DNA of 64,000 nt from NCBI GenBank assembly GCA_965238005.1, contig OZ250165.1:2144001-2208000 (forward strand), in the 5' to 3' direction. Under the pieces are notes generated by a model. That model did not search any database. It was not told where the DNA came from and saw nothing but the letters and a program-made list of their open reading frames with translations. Below, piece by piece: positions 29,361 to 38,443 of this stretch. Position numbers and translations under genes: made by a program. The first letter of the stretch is position 1. Every line of letters starts with the position of its first letter. Origin of the DNA: Longimicrobiales bacterium. Lineage in GTDB: Bacteria > Gemmatimonadota > Gemmatimonadetes > Longimicrobiales > Gaopeijiaceae.

Positions 29361-30365
29361 AGGCGACCCAGGAGCTGGCCAAGCATGTAGGGGTGAAGCC
29401 CGCGTGTACTGCGCTCAGGGTCTCCCGAGCCACGTTCTACCGTCGTCGGAGTCCAACGACCGGGCATCAGCAGCCCCGCCCGACCCCCGCCCGGGCCTTG
29501 AGCGAGAAGGAACGAGACAGGGTGTTCGACACGCTGTGTTCGGACCGGTTCGTGGACCGCGCCCCGGCCGAGGTCGTGGCGACGCTGCTCGACGAGGACG
29601 TTCTACCTGAGCAGCGAGCGTACGATGTATCGCGTTCTGGACTCGCGTGAGGCGGTTCAGGAGCGCCGAGCGCAGCGGAGTCATCCCGAATACAAGAAAC
29701 CCGAGCTGATGGCGACGGGCCCGAACCAGGTCTGGTCCTGGGATATCACCCGGCTGCTGGGGCCGAAGAAGTGGAGCTACTTCTACCTCTACGTCATCCT
29801 GGACATCTTCAGCCGCTACGTGCCGGGATGGATGGTGGCGGATCGGGAGAACTCCGCCCTGGCCGGCCGGCTGATCCAGCAGAGTTGCCTGAAGCATGGC
29901 GTCCAGCCCCAGGTCCTGACCCTGCACTCCGATCGAGGGGCTCCGATGACGAGCCAATGCACGGCTCAGCTACTCGCCGATCTCGGCGTGACCCGCTCGT
30001 TGAGCCGACCCCAGGTCTCGGATGACAATCCGTTCTCCGAGACTCAGTTCAAGACCTTGAAGTACCATCCCTCCTTTCCCGGGCGGTTCGGGGATCAGAA
30101 TCAGGCCAAGACCTTCTGTCGCTCGTTCTTCCCTTGGTACAATACCGAGCACCGCCATGGCGGCATCTCGATGCTGACGCCCGAACAGGTCCACTTCGGT
30201 CTCGCCGATCAGGTCATCGCCCGCAGGAAGGCAGTGCTCCGCGAGGCATGGGCCGCTCATCCTGACCGCTTCGTCTCCGGTGAGCCGAAGCCTAAACCAC
30301 TCCCGGAGGCCGTCTGGATCAATCCTCCAAGCCCCACCCTCACTACACAGGAGATTGCTCTCTAA
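29357..30365 (+). pseudogene. IS3 transposase OrfB with an internal +1 frameshift near 29601
   Basis: LLDEDV|YLSSERTMYRVL split across frames; WSWDIT, HSDRG and DNPFSE DDE motifs. Confidence 0.88.
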
Positions 30366-30398
30366 TTGTTTCCCCCAAGTGTCTCATCGGGGTTGACA

Positions 30399-30558
30399 GG
30401 CTCCGAATCGCAGCTGCTATCTGTGCTGGCAACTCGTCCAGTGAGTCGAAGGTCCGTTTGTGTTGATCCACATGGGATAGGTGGTCGATGAACCACTTGG
30501 CCTCTCCTCCACCGTCCTCGTCGAGCTGCCAACTGATGCTCTGGATCTCGCCGCTCAT
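30399..30558 (-). pseudogene. Small ORF cut by the IS3 right end
   Basis: GGAGG RBS, MSGEIQ...AAIRS, then reads into the IRR. Confidence 0.45.
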
Positions 30559-30780
30559 GGGGGCCTCCGGGAGATGTGCAGACTGGAAGACTGGAGGTTA
30601 CGGAGGCCCGGCACTCGCCCGCAAGGAGAGGATGCGGTTAGCGAGAATGGACCCTCTTCTCGGCGCTGTCTGGGGGCACCTAACAGTTGTGAGCGGGACC
30701 GAACAACGAAGAGAGCTCGTTCGGGCCGTGCCAGATGCGGCGGGCGAAGTACCCCCTGCCCTTTCTCGCAGTGGCCGGCT

Positions 30781-31002
30781 TCAGGCATCTCCTCCCAGCT
30801 CTCTCTGCGCCTTATCCAACAGCAACTCGAGCTCCTCGTCGGTGAGGTCGTCTAGCTCGGCTTGGCGGTCCAGCAGCACGGTACGCCGTTCGGGGCCACG
30901 AGTGAAGAAGAGAAGGGACGTGCCAGGGTCCACTCCGAGTCCACACCGCAACCACCACAGCTTCCCGTCCCTTGGGTCCGTCCAGTGTCTAGTGCGTGCC
31001 AT
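30781..31002 (-). CDS. Small 'W.D.RDG..W...L.D.EL..LL' family protein, copy 3
   Basis: Paralog of 31288-31509 and 31514-31735; GGAG RBS. Confidence 0.75.
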   Translation of the reverse strand: MARTRHWTDPRDGKLWWLRCGLGVDPGTSLLFFTRGPERRTVLLDRQAELDDLTDEELELLLDKAQRELGGDA

Positions 31003-31010
31003 GCGCCACT

Positions 31011-31044
31011 CCCCTGCCCTTCGGGCGGTGGCCGGCTTCAGGCA
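31011..31044 (-). repeat. Repeat C (minus strand TGCCTGAAGCCGGCCACCGCCCGAAGGG)
   Basis: Also at 30753-30789 and 32278-32306, and partially at 31725-31736. Confidence 0.8.
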
Positions 31045-31045
31045 C

Positions 31046-31249
31046 CTACCCGAAGCTCTTCCGCTCGACGATTCCGTTCTCGTGGTGAGTAACGACGACA
31101 CATGGGCGCCCAGAGGCACTCGCGATCTCGTAGGCTCGACTGATCGCGTCCTTCTTCGAACGCTCCTGAAAGACCTCGCCGACGCCTTCGCGGGTCATGA
31201 CCCACTGCCAGCCAATCTGACGAATATGGTATGTGATCCGGTGTGCCAC
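31046..31249 (-). CDS. DUF2188-like small protein, copy 2
   Basis: YHIRQIG.QW...KKDAISRA.EIA...VVTHHENG...SFG. Confidence 0.7.
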   Translation of the reverse strand: MAHRITYHIRQIGWQWVMTREGVGEVFQERSKKDAISRAYEIASASGRPCVVVTHHENGIVERKSFG

Positions 31250-31287
31250 TCAAGCCTCAAAACTCACCTTAGGGAGGTGGCCTGATT

Positions 31288-31509
31288 CTAGCTACCAGCT
31301 GGGTGAATCCTCTTCGACCGATCGAGCAGCGCCTCGAGCTCCTCGTCGGTGAGGTCGTCTAGCTCGGCTTGGTGCTCGAGCAACACGGTACGCAGTTCGG
31401 CGCGACGAGCGAAGAGGAGAAGGGCCGAGGCCGGGTCCACCCCAAGCCTACGCCTCAGCAGCCAGAGCTTTCCATCCCTACGATCGGTCCAACTCCTCGT
31501 GCGTGCCAT
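31288..31509 (-). CDS. Small 'W.D.RDG' family protein, copy 2
   Basis: QAELDDLTDEELE identical to copy 3. Confidence 0.75.
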   Translation of the reverse strand: MARTRSWTDRRDGKLWLLRRRLGVDPASALLLFARRAELRTVLLEHQAELDDLTDEELEALLDRSKRIHPAGS

Positions 31510-31513
31510 GCCT

Positions 31514-31735
31514 TCACCTCCGAGCCTCATCAAGGAGCCACTCTAGCTCTGCGTCGGAGCGATCCTCGAGTCCGTCCTCGAAGTCCACCTCGATGCTGTA
31601 GCGCTCGCCGTCCTCGCCCGCAAACACCAGCACGTCCCGATCTCCTCGATCGAACCAGAGCATCCAGTAACTGCCGTCGCGGCGATCGAACCACCCGCGC
31701 ATCGGAGTTACCGTTTCGTCGGACGCTTCAGGCAT
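31514..31735 (-). CDS. Small 'W.D.RDG' family protein, copy 1 (start 31735 or 31702)
   Basis: WFDRRDGSYW..LVF..LEDRSDAELEWLLDEA. Confidence 0.7.
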   Translation of the reverse strand: MPEASDETVTPMRGWFDRRDGSYWMLWFDRGDRDVLVFAGEDGERYSIEVDFEDGLEDRSDAELEWLLDEARR

Positions 31736-31938
31736 CAGCCGAATTCCCGACGCGTCGGAGGCCCATGCTCATGGTGCACGATAACCACGCCGGGCTTGAA
31801 TGCCTCAGCAAGGTGGAAGGCACCGCTGACCGCTTCCTCCTCGGACACATATCGAAGTGCGTCCACAGCCGTGTCCCATTGACGAACTGCCCAGTAGTCG
31901 CCGATCTGACGGACATAGAAGATGGAACGCTCAGCCAT
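31735..31938 (-). CDS. DUF2188-like small protein, copy 1
   Basis: FYVRQIGDYW..EEEAVSGA.HLA..VIVHHEHG...EFG. Confidence 0.7.
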   Translation of the reverse strand: MAERSIFYVRQIGDYWAVRQWDTAVDALRYVSEEEAVSGAFHLAEAFKPGVVIVHHEHGPPTRREFG

Positions 31939-32014
31939 CGGTCTCGCGGCTTCGAGAATGTCACTAGGCTGGAAGTCGTCTAGGCCCTGCTCTCGCTCGC
32001 CAGCCTCACCGCCC

Positions 32015-32257
32015 CTACTTGTTGTAGCGGGGATTCTTGCCCCCGTGGCTTCGCCGGTAGGACGCGAGTCGCTCCTTTTCCCACCTCTCAGCCGCCATCT
32101 GCGTCGTTCGATTCCCGATAAGCCACATGCGCGAGAACCGCTTCCCCTCCGCTCGGTCCTCTTCACGACGGTCCGGGTCGTTCGTGATGCCGATGTACAC
32201 AACCCGATTCTGGTCTCTCAGCTCGTACTTGTATGTGTCTCGGATGCTTCCCATCAT
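32015..32257 (-). CDS. Minimal GIY-YIG-like nuclease domain protein
   Basis: YKY-x9-YIGITND..RR, later Glu (WEKE) and terminal YN; AGGAG RBS. Confidence 0.7.
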   Translation of the reverse strand: MMGSIRDTYKYELRDQNRVVYIGITNDPDRREEDRAEGKRFSRMWLIGNRTTQMAAERWEKERLASYRRSHGGKNPRYNK

Positions 32258-32439
32258 CTTCTCCTGGCTAGTTAACCCCCTTCGGGCGGTTGCCGGGTTC
32301 AGGCATCTTAAGGCTGTCTTGCCTCATCCAAGTACTTCTGGAGATCTTCGTCCTCCATGTCCGCGAGGCCGCCGCATATGAGCCCGGGCACCCGGGTGGT
32401 GTGATCGACCTCGCCTCTGAACGTTAGGATCGTGCCACT

Positions 32440-33312
32440 TCATCTTGCTAATCCTCTTCCCCTGCTGAAACGATGGGTCAACCTTGTGCCAGTTGGTTTT
32501 GCTCCTCTGGCTCCGCTCCTCATCGCCGAATCGCTCGGAGCTGTTGGACTTCCGGCTCCCGGCTCCACCTGCTCCCACTCGCCCTGCTCGCTCTCGAGCT
32601 GCCATTCCTCGGGTATCTTCCCGATGACGCGGAACGAGCACGGCGCGAAGCCTCGAAGCCTCGCGAACGCCTGCTCGCGAACCGAGACGACGCTCGCCCC
32701 CGACGCCAGCGTCCCATAGCGGTCGAAGCGGCGGAGCACCCACAAGCGACCGTCGCTCTCGATTGCGTACTTGCCTGGCCCTCGCCGGAAAACAGCCCCC
32801 ACCCGCGCCCGTTGGTCCTCACTCAAGCACCTCTGCAACGCGGCACGCTCTAACTCCTTTGACCCATAGCGGAACCAATCATCGAGTAGCGAATCGAACC
32901 CACCGAGCCCCCGCACGCCGAGGCGCCTGGCTAAGGCGTCGTCAATGGTGTTCTTGGCAGACCGCATGTCCTTGAATCGGCCCCCACGCCGAAGTTCCCG
33001 TTCAGCCACTGCGTAGACCGCGCCGATCCGCAGCCGATGTATGGGGATATGTTCCCTGGACTTCTCCCGCGCCCGTTGGGCCTCGGTCACGACCGATAGA
33101 ACGTCGGTTATCCGATCGCCGCTGCCCCTCTTACGCTTCGTCCGGCAATAGCCATGACTTGACTCACCAAGATCAAGTTGCTCCGCGACCTTGCGCTCGT
33201 GCTTCAGGTCGTCGGCCAGGTAGACCGTGGCCATGCCGCCTTCACCCAGCTCACGCTCTACGCGGTAGCGGCCCTGAAGAGCGACGTTCAGGCGGACGAT
33301 GGGGTCGGACAT
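32440..33312 (-). CDS. Chimeric ORF: 43-aa Ser/Thr kinase N-terminal stub fused to unrelated sequence
   Basis: MSDPIVRLNVALQGRYRVERELGEGGMATVYLADDLKHERKVA stops just before the catalytic Lys; no HRD or DFG follows. Confidence 0.7.
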   Translation of the reverse strand: MSDPIVRLNVALQGRYRVERELGEGGMATVYLADDLKHERKVAEQLDLGESSHGYCRTKRKRGSGDRITDVLSVVTEAQRAREKSREHIPIHRLRIGAVYAVAERELRRGGRFKDMRSAKNTIDDALARRLGVRGLGGFDSLLDDWFRYGSKELERAALQRCLSEDQRARVGAVFRRGPGKYAIESDGRLWVLRRFDRYGTLASGASVVSVREQAFARLRGFAPCSFRVIGKIPEEWQLESEQGEWEQVEPGAGSPTAPSDSAMRSGARGAKPTGTRLTHRFSRGRGLAR

Positions 33313-33365
33313 CGGGTTAGCTCGGCGAGATCAGAGCCAGCACCATGCTAGTCGCTGCCGCGCTG

Positions 33366-33710
33366 CTACGCCCGCCAATCCACGAAGACCTGATTGGGAG
33401 GCGGCGGCTCCTGCGAAGCATCCATCCCGTGAGTACCGATGAGGATCGTCTCGGCGAACCAACGGTCGAATGGCTCGTCCGAGTTTAGATACTTCGATAC
33501 GACACCATTTGGGTCATCTCCTTCCAGGCAAACGACCACGTAGTCTCCTTCGGGTGTTTGCTGGAGGCTTACGACCTCACGGGTCAGACCCATGCGCCGA
33601 TGTGACTCCTCGAAGTCAGCCCTGCGAGGGCCAGTCATCTCTGCTGCGGCCTGCTTCCAGGCCCCGGTCGTTCCAGGCAAGAGAGGTACGGCGAAGGTTG
33701 TGGCAGGCAT
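33366..33710 (-). CDS. Hypothetical alpha/beta-barrel-like small protein
   Basis: GAGGAG RBS; 'PLLPG', 'LQQTPEGD', 'FDRWF'. Confidence 0.7.
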   Translation of the reverse strand: MPATTFAVPLLPGTTGAWKQAAAEMTGPRRADFEESHRRMGLTREVVSLQQTPEGDYVVVCLEGDDPNGVVSKYLNSDEPFDRWFAETILIGTHGMDASQEPPPPNQVFVDWRA

Positions 33711-33758
33711 GTGAAGCTCCTCTTGGTTGCTTGACGAGACGATGTCCTCGGCATCGGA

Positions 33759-33911
33759 GGATCAGACCGTGGTCAACATGCGAGAGCGTGCCGGTAGGCG
33801 CAAGCAGAACCCTGTCAGAAGCCCAGAATCGCCGTCTATGCGTCTTCGGGGTTTATTCGGTAGCCTGGGTAGGGTGGAGCGTCCTCGTGGCTTAGAGAGC
33901 CGTTATCGGCT
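33759..33911 (-). repeat. Intergenic repeat B, copy 2
   Basis: GGATCAGACCG..GCCGGTAGGCGCAAGCAGAA..TTCGGGGTTTATTCGGTA..GGAGCGTCCTCGTGGC shared with copy 1. Confidence 0.9.
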
Positions 33912-34095
33912 TGCTGATCCGTACGCGGCTACAGCAGCACCAACGGCAGCCCCAGACGTGGAGATCCCCGACACGATGATCACGCTCACGAACCCCATCG
34001 AGCGGAAAGCCCCGAGCGTCCCAGCGGCGTTCGGGGCTGGTTACGTCTCGGAGCGTTAGACAGCTCCGGGCGTGATTGGCTAGGACGCCGAAGAA

Positions 34096-34696
34096 TTACG
34101 GACGGCCTGGTCTCGTATTCAGAATCCGAATGTCCCCAGCCACCACCGGGCGTGTTCCGAAAAAGGCCGGACCGCTCGTTGCCACAGTTGGTTTAGCCGT
34201 ACAGAACGCTGCTGCGTCGGCCAATCCGAAATCTGCCACGCTCCTGAGGAAGCTAATCCCATCGGGGTTAGGCCTTCCCGCCCTCCCGAGGTCAGCCACG
34301 CGGAAGCCTGCGTCCGCGGTTACGTTGGGGCCGGGACCGGGCGTGAACTGCTCGATCGTGCCACCGATCCATGCCTGATTTCCGTCGATGATGAAGCAGG
34401 TCACAATTCCCTGCACGCTACGGTCACTGGTTTGGTTGTGGCCTGCAAAGGCTCCGCTGACCACGTTACCCAGCTCTAGGGCGCTGAACCCGAAGCTCCG
34501 TAGGCCGCTCTCTGCGGTCCTGAATTGACCGCTTCCGGTCGCGGAACTCCTAAGTGCACCCTTCGAGAAATTGGGAAGCGGGGCGTCCACTTCGGGCTTG
34601 GATGGGGATTCACACGCGATCATTGCCAACGACAGCACAACCTATGGATCGTCCCAGAGCGCGAATGGGCCAGGGGCATAGTGGAAGTTTGTTCAT
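34096..34696 (-). pseudogene. Lipoprotein with a probable frameshift in the signal peptide
   Basis: GGAGGTGG-ATG at 34696 is out of frame with LAMIA-C and the mature domain. Confidence 0.55.
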
Positions 34697-35186
34697 CGTC
34701 GCCACCTCCGAATCAGGAAACGCCACTCATTGCCGATCTTTTGTCGGCCACTCGGTGGTCTCGTCGTCGAGCAGGCGTCCTACGGGGGGGGGGCGTCAGT
34801 CAAGCGGCGGAGGCATCGGCCACCGATAGGACATCAGATTAGAGCAGCGTGTGCAGGTTCCGCAAGAGTGGCGGTGGGCAAGCCGCCGCCGGCAGGGAGA
34901 GCGGCTGGTGGTCTCTCAGACCTAGATGCGGAAGGTGGGCGCTCGCAAGTGGACGATGCCCCCGTAGCGCTCGTAGTAGCGGGCCATCGCCCGGATCTTT
35001 TCGGCGGTCGGCTCGCCACGGACTGCTGAGTCCCTTGATGCGTCGGTGCGCTGACCTTGCCGTGGCGGCGTCCAGTTTGTCATTCCGTCCAACAGCATCA
35101 TGCCCACGCTCACCTCCAGGAAAGAGAAACGGCCACCAGAAGATGGGGTGGCCGCTCGTGTATGGGGATGGCGGAATGGGACGGTT

Positions 35187-36050
35187 CTAGTCGAGGCTCT
35201 CGGTCAAGCCATCCAAGAGCGAACCGGCTTCGACAAGGCCGACGCTAGTTAGCGCCGATCTGGTAGCGTTCCGGAAGGCAGACCTCTCGTGAAGGAGGTT
35301 GAAGGTTGTTCCGGGTGCGACCCGAGCTTCGATCCAAGACTTCATGTCGGCCTCACCGTTGAGTCCCCCTGGCGAGGAGAGATATCCTACCACTACGTAA
35401 GGGGCCTCCGTAGGTCCGGCCATGATCCGCTCAAGGCGCGACACCAATGCGTCGGCATCCCGCCTTCCTGTTACGGAGGCGAGGTTCACCCCCTCTACCA
35501 CGACGACGCCCTGGGGGCCAATTGCTCCACGATTCACTGCCTCCTGATGCTGCTGAAAGGCGATAAGTCGGGTTCGCTTGATCAGTTTGCGATCCAAGGC
35601 CTTCCCTAGAGCGCGGGAGATGTACCCTCCGATCCTGGAGCTCGCCGCCGCGGTATGCGGCTGCGCAACCGCCTCAAATAGGAGGGGGAACTCCTCGTCC
35701 GGGTCTTCCATACGTTGCATAGCAGAGGGTCGGTCGAATCTCACACCTGTGGACAAGAGCTCATGGACCGCGAGCCAAAACCCCCCCTGCCAAGGCTCGT
35801 GGGATGTTTCAGCGTAGGGGACCCTACCGGCTTTCGCCCAGTTGCGAAGATCACGCTCGGCTAGCCTGGCCAGAGCGAGTCGTCTATGTGGGATCTTGCG
35901 CCCAGCCTCCCCCGGATCGAGGAGCCGGATATCGAACCATTCTCGCGACGCATCCCAAGCGACCACACCCACAGGCTTGGTCGGTTCCGTCGGCGGACCG
36001 GTCAGGAGCCGGATCGTCGAAAATCCGTAGTCAATTTCGCTGAGGCTCAT
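35187..36050 (-). CDS. DUF3037-like partner of the HipA-family kinase
   Basis: N-terminal 'FSTIRLL...PVGVV' resembles DUF3037; starts 3 nt after the kinase stop. Confidence 0.55.
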   Translation of the reverse strand: MSLSEIDYGFSTIRLLTGPPTEPTKPVGVVAWDASREWFDIRLLDPGEAGRKIPHRRLALARLAERDLRNWAKAGRVPYAETSHEPWQGGFWLAVHELLSTGVRFDRPSAMQRMEDPDEEFPLLFEAVAQPHTAAASSRIGGYISRALGKALDRKLIKRTRLIAFQQHQEAVNRGAIGPQGVVVVEGVNLASVTGRRDADALVSRLERIMAGPTEAPYVVVGYLSSPGGLNGEADMKSWIEARVAPGTTFNLLHERSAFRNATRSALTSVGLVEAGSLLDGLTESLD

Positions 36051-36053
36051 ATA

Positions 36054-36899
36054 TCAATCTAGGGAAAACAAGTCGAGCCCGCCGTGTTCTTCCACAATCC
36101 GGCACTTCTCAAGCCATCCATTTAGGTCCACAAGAGTATCGAGCCCGCTGGTACGGGCATCCAAGAAACGCTGAACCTCTTCAACGTGCACACCCCCCCG
36201 TTCTATCCACTCTGCCGGGACGTCGTTGACCGCTCCACGAACCTGGTCGGTGCAAGCGATCATACCCTGGACCATCTGCTCGACAGCGAGAGAGCCCGCC
36301 TCGATCGCGACTTGTTCTGCCTGAGGAAGAAGCACTGCCATAAGGTCTCCGATCCGCCGATCCAGGCACCCCGGGTCACGGAGACACTGGTGAGAGTGGA
36401 ATGCCTCGCTATGGTCAATCGGAACGACGGTGAGCCCCCTTGTCTTTTCCCGGGCTTGGAGCAGAACGTTTCCGTCCGTCAGGCGGTCCCGATTCCCGAT
36501 AATCGCATCAGCCAGAAACACCCTGAAGAGTTCCGTAGCATTCGCAAGTTCGTCTAGACGGATGGAGTCGGGGTTCGGGCCGTGGGCGTCATCAAGAAAA
36601 ACCGTCCCCCAGTGGCGACCAGGTAGCACCGGAGGATCGAACCCATATTGAGCGGATGCGCCTTCGGCGAGTTCCTGGTTCAAGTGCACGATCACCCCGG
36701 GCGCCAGGGCGAAGTCCAAGATTTGGAGGACCCGGTGGGCCGTCGCCTCGGCGAAGCACATTGCCGCCGACTCGGGTCCACGTTGCAGCTTGGTTCGGAC
36801 GATCACGTCCTGTTCTATATCGTGGCCGGTGCAAAGTAGATCGACCGGTGACCACTTCCCAGGTATGCAACCTTCCGAGAAAGCCCGAATAGCGTGCAT
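36054..36899 (-). CDS. HipA-like kinase
   Basis: 'AE....L..L', HWGT.FL, DAIIGNRDR..GNVLL and IDHS.AF motifs. Confidence 0.82.
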   Translation of the reverse strand: MHAIRAFSEGCIPGKWSPVDLLCTGHDIEQDVIVRTKLQRGPESAAMCFAEATAHRVLQILDFALAPGVIVHLNQELAEGASAQYGFDPPVLPGRHWGTVFLDDAHGPNPDSIRLDELANATELFRVFLADAIIGNRDRLTDGNVLLQAREKTRGLTVVPIDHSEAFHSHQCLRDPGCLDRRIGDLMAVLLPQAEQVAIEAGSLAVEQMVQGMIACTDQVRGAVNDVPAEWIERGGVHVEEVQRFLDARTSGLDTLVDLNGWLEKCRIVEEHGGLDLFSLD

Positions 36900-36941
36900 C
36901 TCTATGAACGGCAGAAGACCACCCCTTTCAGCCCAGCCTCT

Positions 36942-36982
36942 CCATCACCGCCTCATCCCAGCTCCTCCACCCGTACGTGGAT
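36942..36982 (-). repeat. Repeat E, copy 2, next to CGTTAACG (36987-36994)
   Basis: Matches 22277-22316. Confidence 0.85.
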
Positions 36983-37003
36983 GGGGCGTTAACGGCTCGC
37001 AGC

Positions 37004-37927
37004 TCATTGCGCCTCACGGGCGTCCTGCACCACAGTTTCGTCGCCAGCCATCTCCGCCCTGGTCGAATCGGTCGCGGGATCACCTCCGGGTAGTGTGGTC
37101 TCCTCCGCGGGTTCGTTCGGGTTCTTCACGAGGACCTTCCACTCCGGGTCCATGAACAGTACGTGGACTCCGCGATTTTGCATTGCTGTCACCTCATCCA
37201 GCGTGGTCTCGAGGCCCAGCCCCCTGAGCCAGGCCAGAACGTCCGCCGGATGGATGAAATTTAGGACTGGCGTGGAGCCCGGAATCCATTGTGGGAAGAT
37301 GCCTTCGTTTGACGGCATCTCAACGTCGTCCTTGTACCGTTCCTGAACCTCGCCCCTGTAGGCATCGAGAATCCTCATCTCTTCGGGCGGGAACTTGTGG
37401 CCAATAGCTGTTTCGTACAGCGAACCACACAGCCCAGATGTGTGGACGGTTTGCGGGGCGATGAGTCGAAGAATCACTTCGACGTGGGCAACCAGCGACT
37501 CTCCCCAAGGGCCAAGCTCTCTGGAGGACGTAGTCGCTAGATAGAGCTCTCCGAGTATCTGGTCGTAAAAACCGCTAAGGGGCTTGTCTCGCCAAGTGAC
37601 GGCAAGTGTTCTCAGGCGTCGGTCTAGGTCGCTGGCGACCGCATCGATGACCGTCTTCGTATTGGTTGTTGGAGACCACCCCTTGTGGTCCCCAACACGG
37701 CCCTCCGGTCCAAGCAAGAGCCACGAAGCATCCACATCGAAGGCGCGGGACACCGCGGCGGTGAACTCACTGGGGATCTTTGTGGTTTCGCCTGACAGGT
37801 AGTTGATCACGGTAGGTTGGGATACTTCATACCCCTGCCTTCGCACCGCGTCAGCAAATTTCTCGAAGCTCAACCCGCCCAGCTTCTCCTCCCGAAGCAC
37901 AGCCAAACGCTCAGAAAGTGTAGCCAT
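37004..37927 (-). CDS. XRE-family HTH repressor (cI-like) with an unrecognised C-terminal domain
   Basis: LSERL..LR..LS.EKFA..VSQPTV.NY.SG..IP..FDVDASWLLLG. Confidence 0.85.
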   Translation of the reverse strand: MATLSERLAVLREEKLGGLSFEKFADAVRRQGYEVSQPTVINYLSGETTKIPSEFTAAVSRAFDVDASWLLLGPEGRVGDHKGWSPTTNTKTVIDAVASDLDRRLRTLAVTWRDKPLSGFYDQILGELYLATTSSRELGPWGESLVAHVEVILRLIAPQTVHTSGLCGSLYETAIGHKFPPEEMRILDAYRGEVQERYKDDVEMPSNEGIFPQWIPGSTPVLNFIHPADVLAWLRGLGLETTLDEVTAMQNRGVHVLFMDPEWKVLVKNPNEPAEETTLPGGDPATDSTRAEMAGDETVVQDAREAQ

Positions 37928-38010
37928 AACAAAGATCCATTGTATTCGTAATCACGATTCGTTAAAATTTATGTGTCTTGCACAATAATTGTAGTGCCAA
38001 CTCAAGATTA
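37928..38010. promoter_or_regulatory. AT-rich divergent promoter/operator region
   Basis: Strongly AT-rich; palindromes TCGT-AATC-ACGA and ACAAT-A-ATTGT. Confidence 0.7.
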
Positions 38011-38220
38011 ATGCCAATCCAGAATACCAAGAACCTTAAGCCCGCCGCAAGAAACACTGTCGCCCTTGCTGCCCAGGTCCCCGAGGAATATGCCGCCGAA
38101 TTCGAGGTGATCCAGCGACAGCGGGGCGACCAGTTCATGTCGGACACTGTCCGGGTCGCTCTCGAGGAGTTCCGCCGAAGACATTGGCGTGGGCACCTCG
38201 CAGAAACGGGGGTCGCCTGA
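38011..38220 (+). CDS. Ribbon-helix-helix-like small regulator in the cro position
   Basis: 'VALAAQVPEE...SDTVRVALEEF'. Confidence 0.65.
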   Translation: MPIQNTKNLKPAARNTVALAAQVPEEYAAEFEVIQRQRGDQFMSDTVRVALEEFRRRHWRGHLAETGVA

Positions 38221-38443
38221 CATGCCCGACGAAATCGTTTCTCTGCAATCGCTCGTTCTCCATCGAGAGGCCGGTTTGGGACCGCCGGATCTTTGTCCGG
38301 AAGCCGTTCGATGATCTCAAGCGCAACGACGACGGCGAGCGGGTTGTGGTTCACGTCGAGTACGCGACAGATGCACGGGCAATGCATCGCGTGGGGGTGC
38401 GCCTCCAGAAGGGGAGTTGTGCGCCATGGTGCCGGAGGATGTC

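Larger units (their letters stand above)
28845..30398 (+). mobile_element. IS3-family insertion sequence
   Basis: IRL TGCCAACTTACGTGAGACAC and IRR GTGTCTCATCGGGGTTGACA; orfA/orfB; no target duplication. Confidence 0.9.

Noticed and set aside
31705..31740. Hammerhead-like CTGATG...GAAAC on the minus strand
   Set aside because: The core reads CUGAUGC rather than CUGANGA, and the flanking stems could not be built convincingly
19487..33911. Repeats A-E as a CRISPR array
   Set aside because: Long, degenerate and irregularly spaced by whole genes; no cas genes
30670..34061. Integron attC-like cores (ACCTAAC near 30678, GTTAGAC at 34055)
   Set aside because: No paired R''/R' boxes with an attC stem were found, and I saw no IntI-specific features in the integrase
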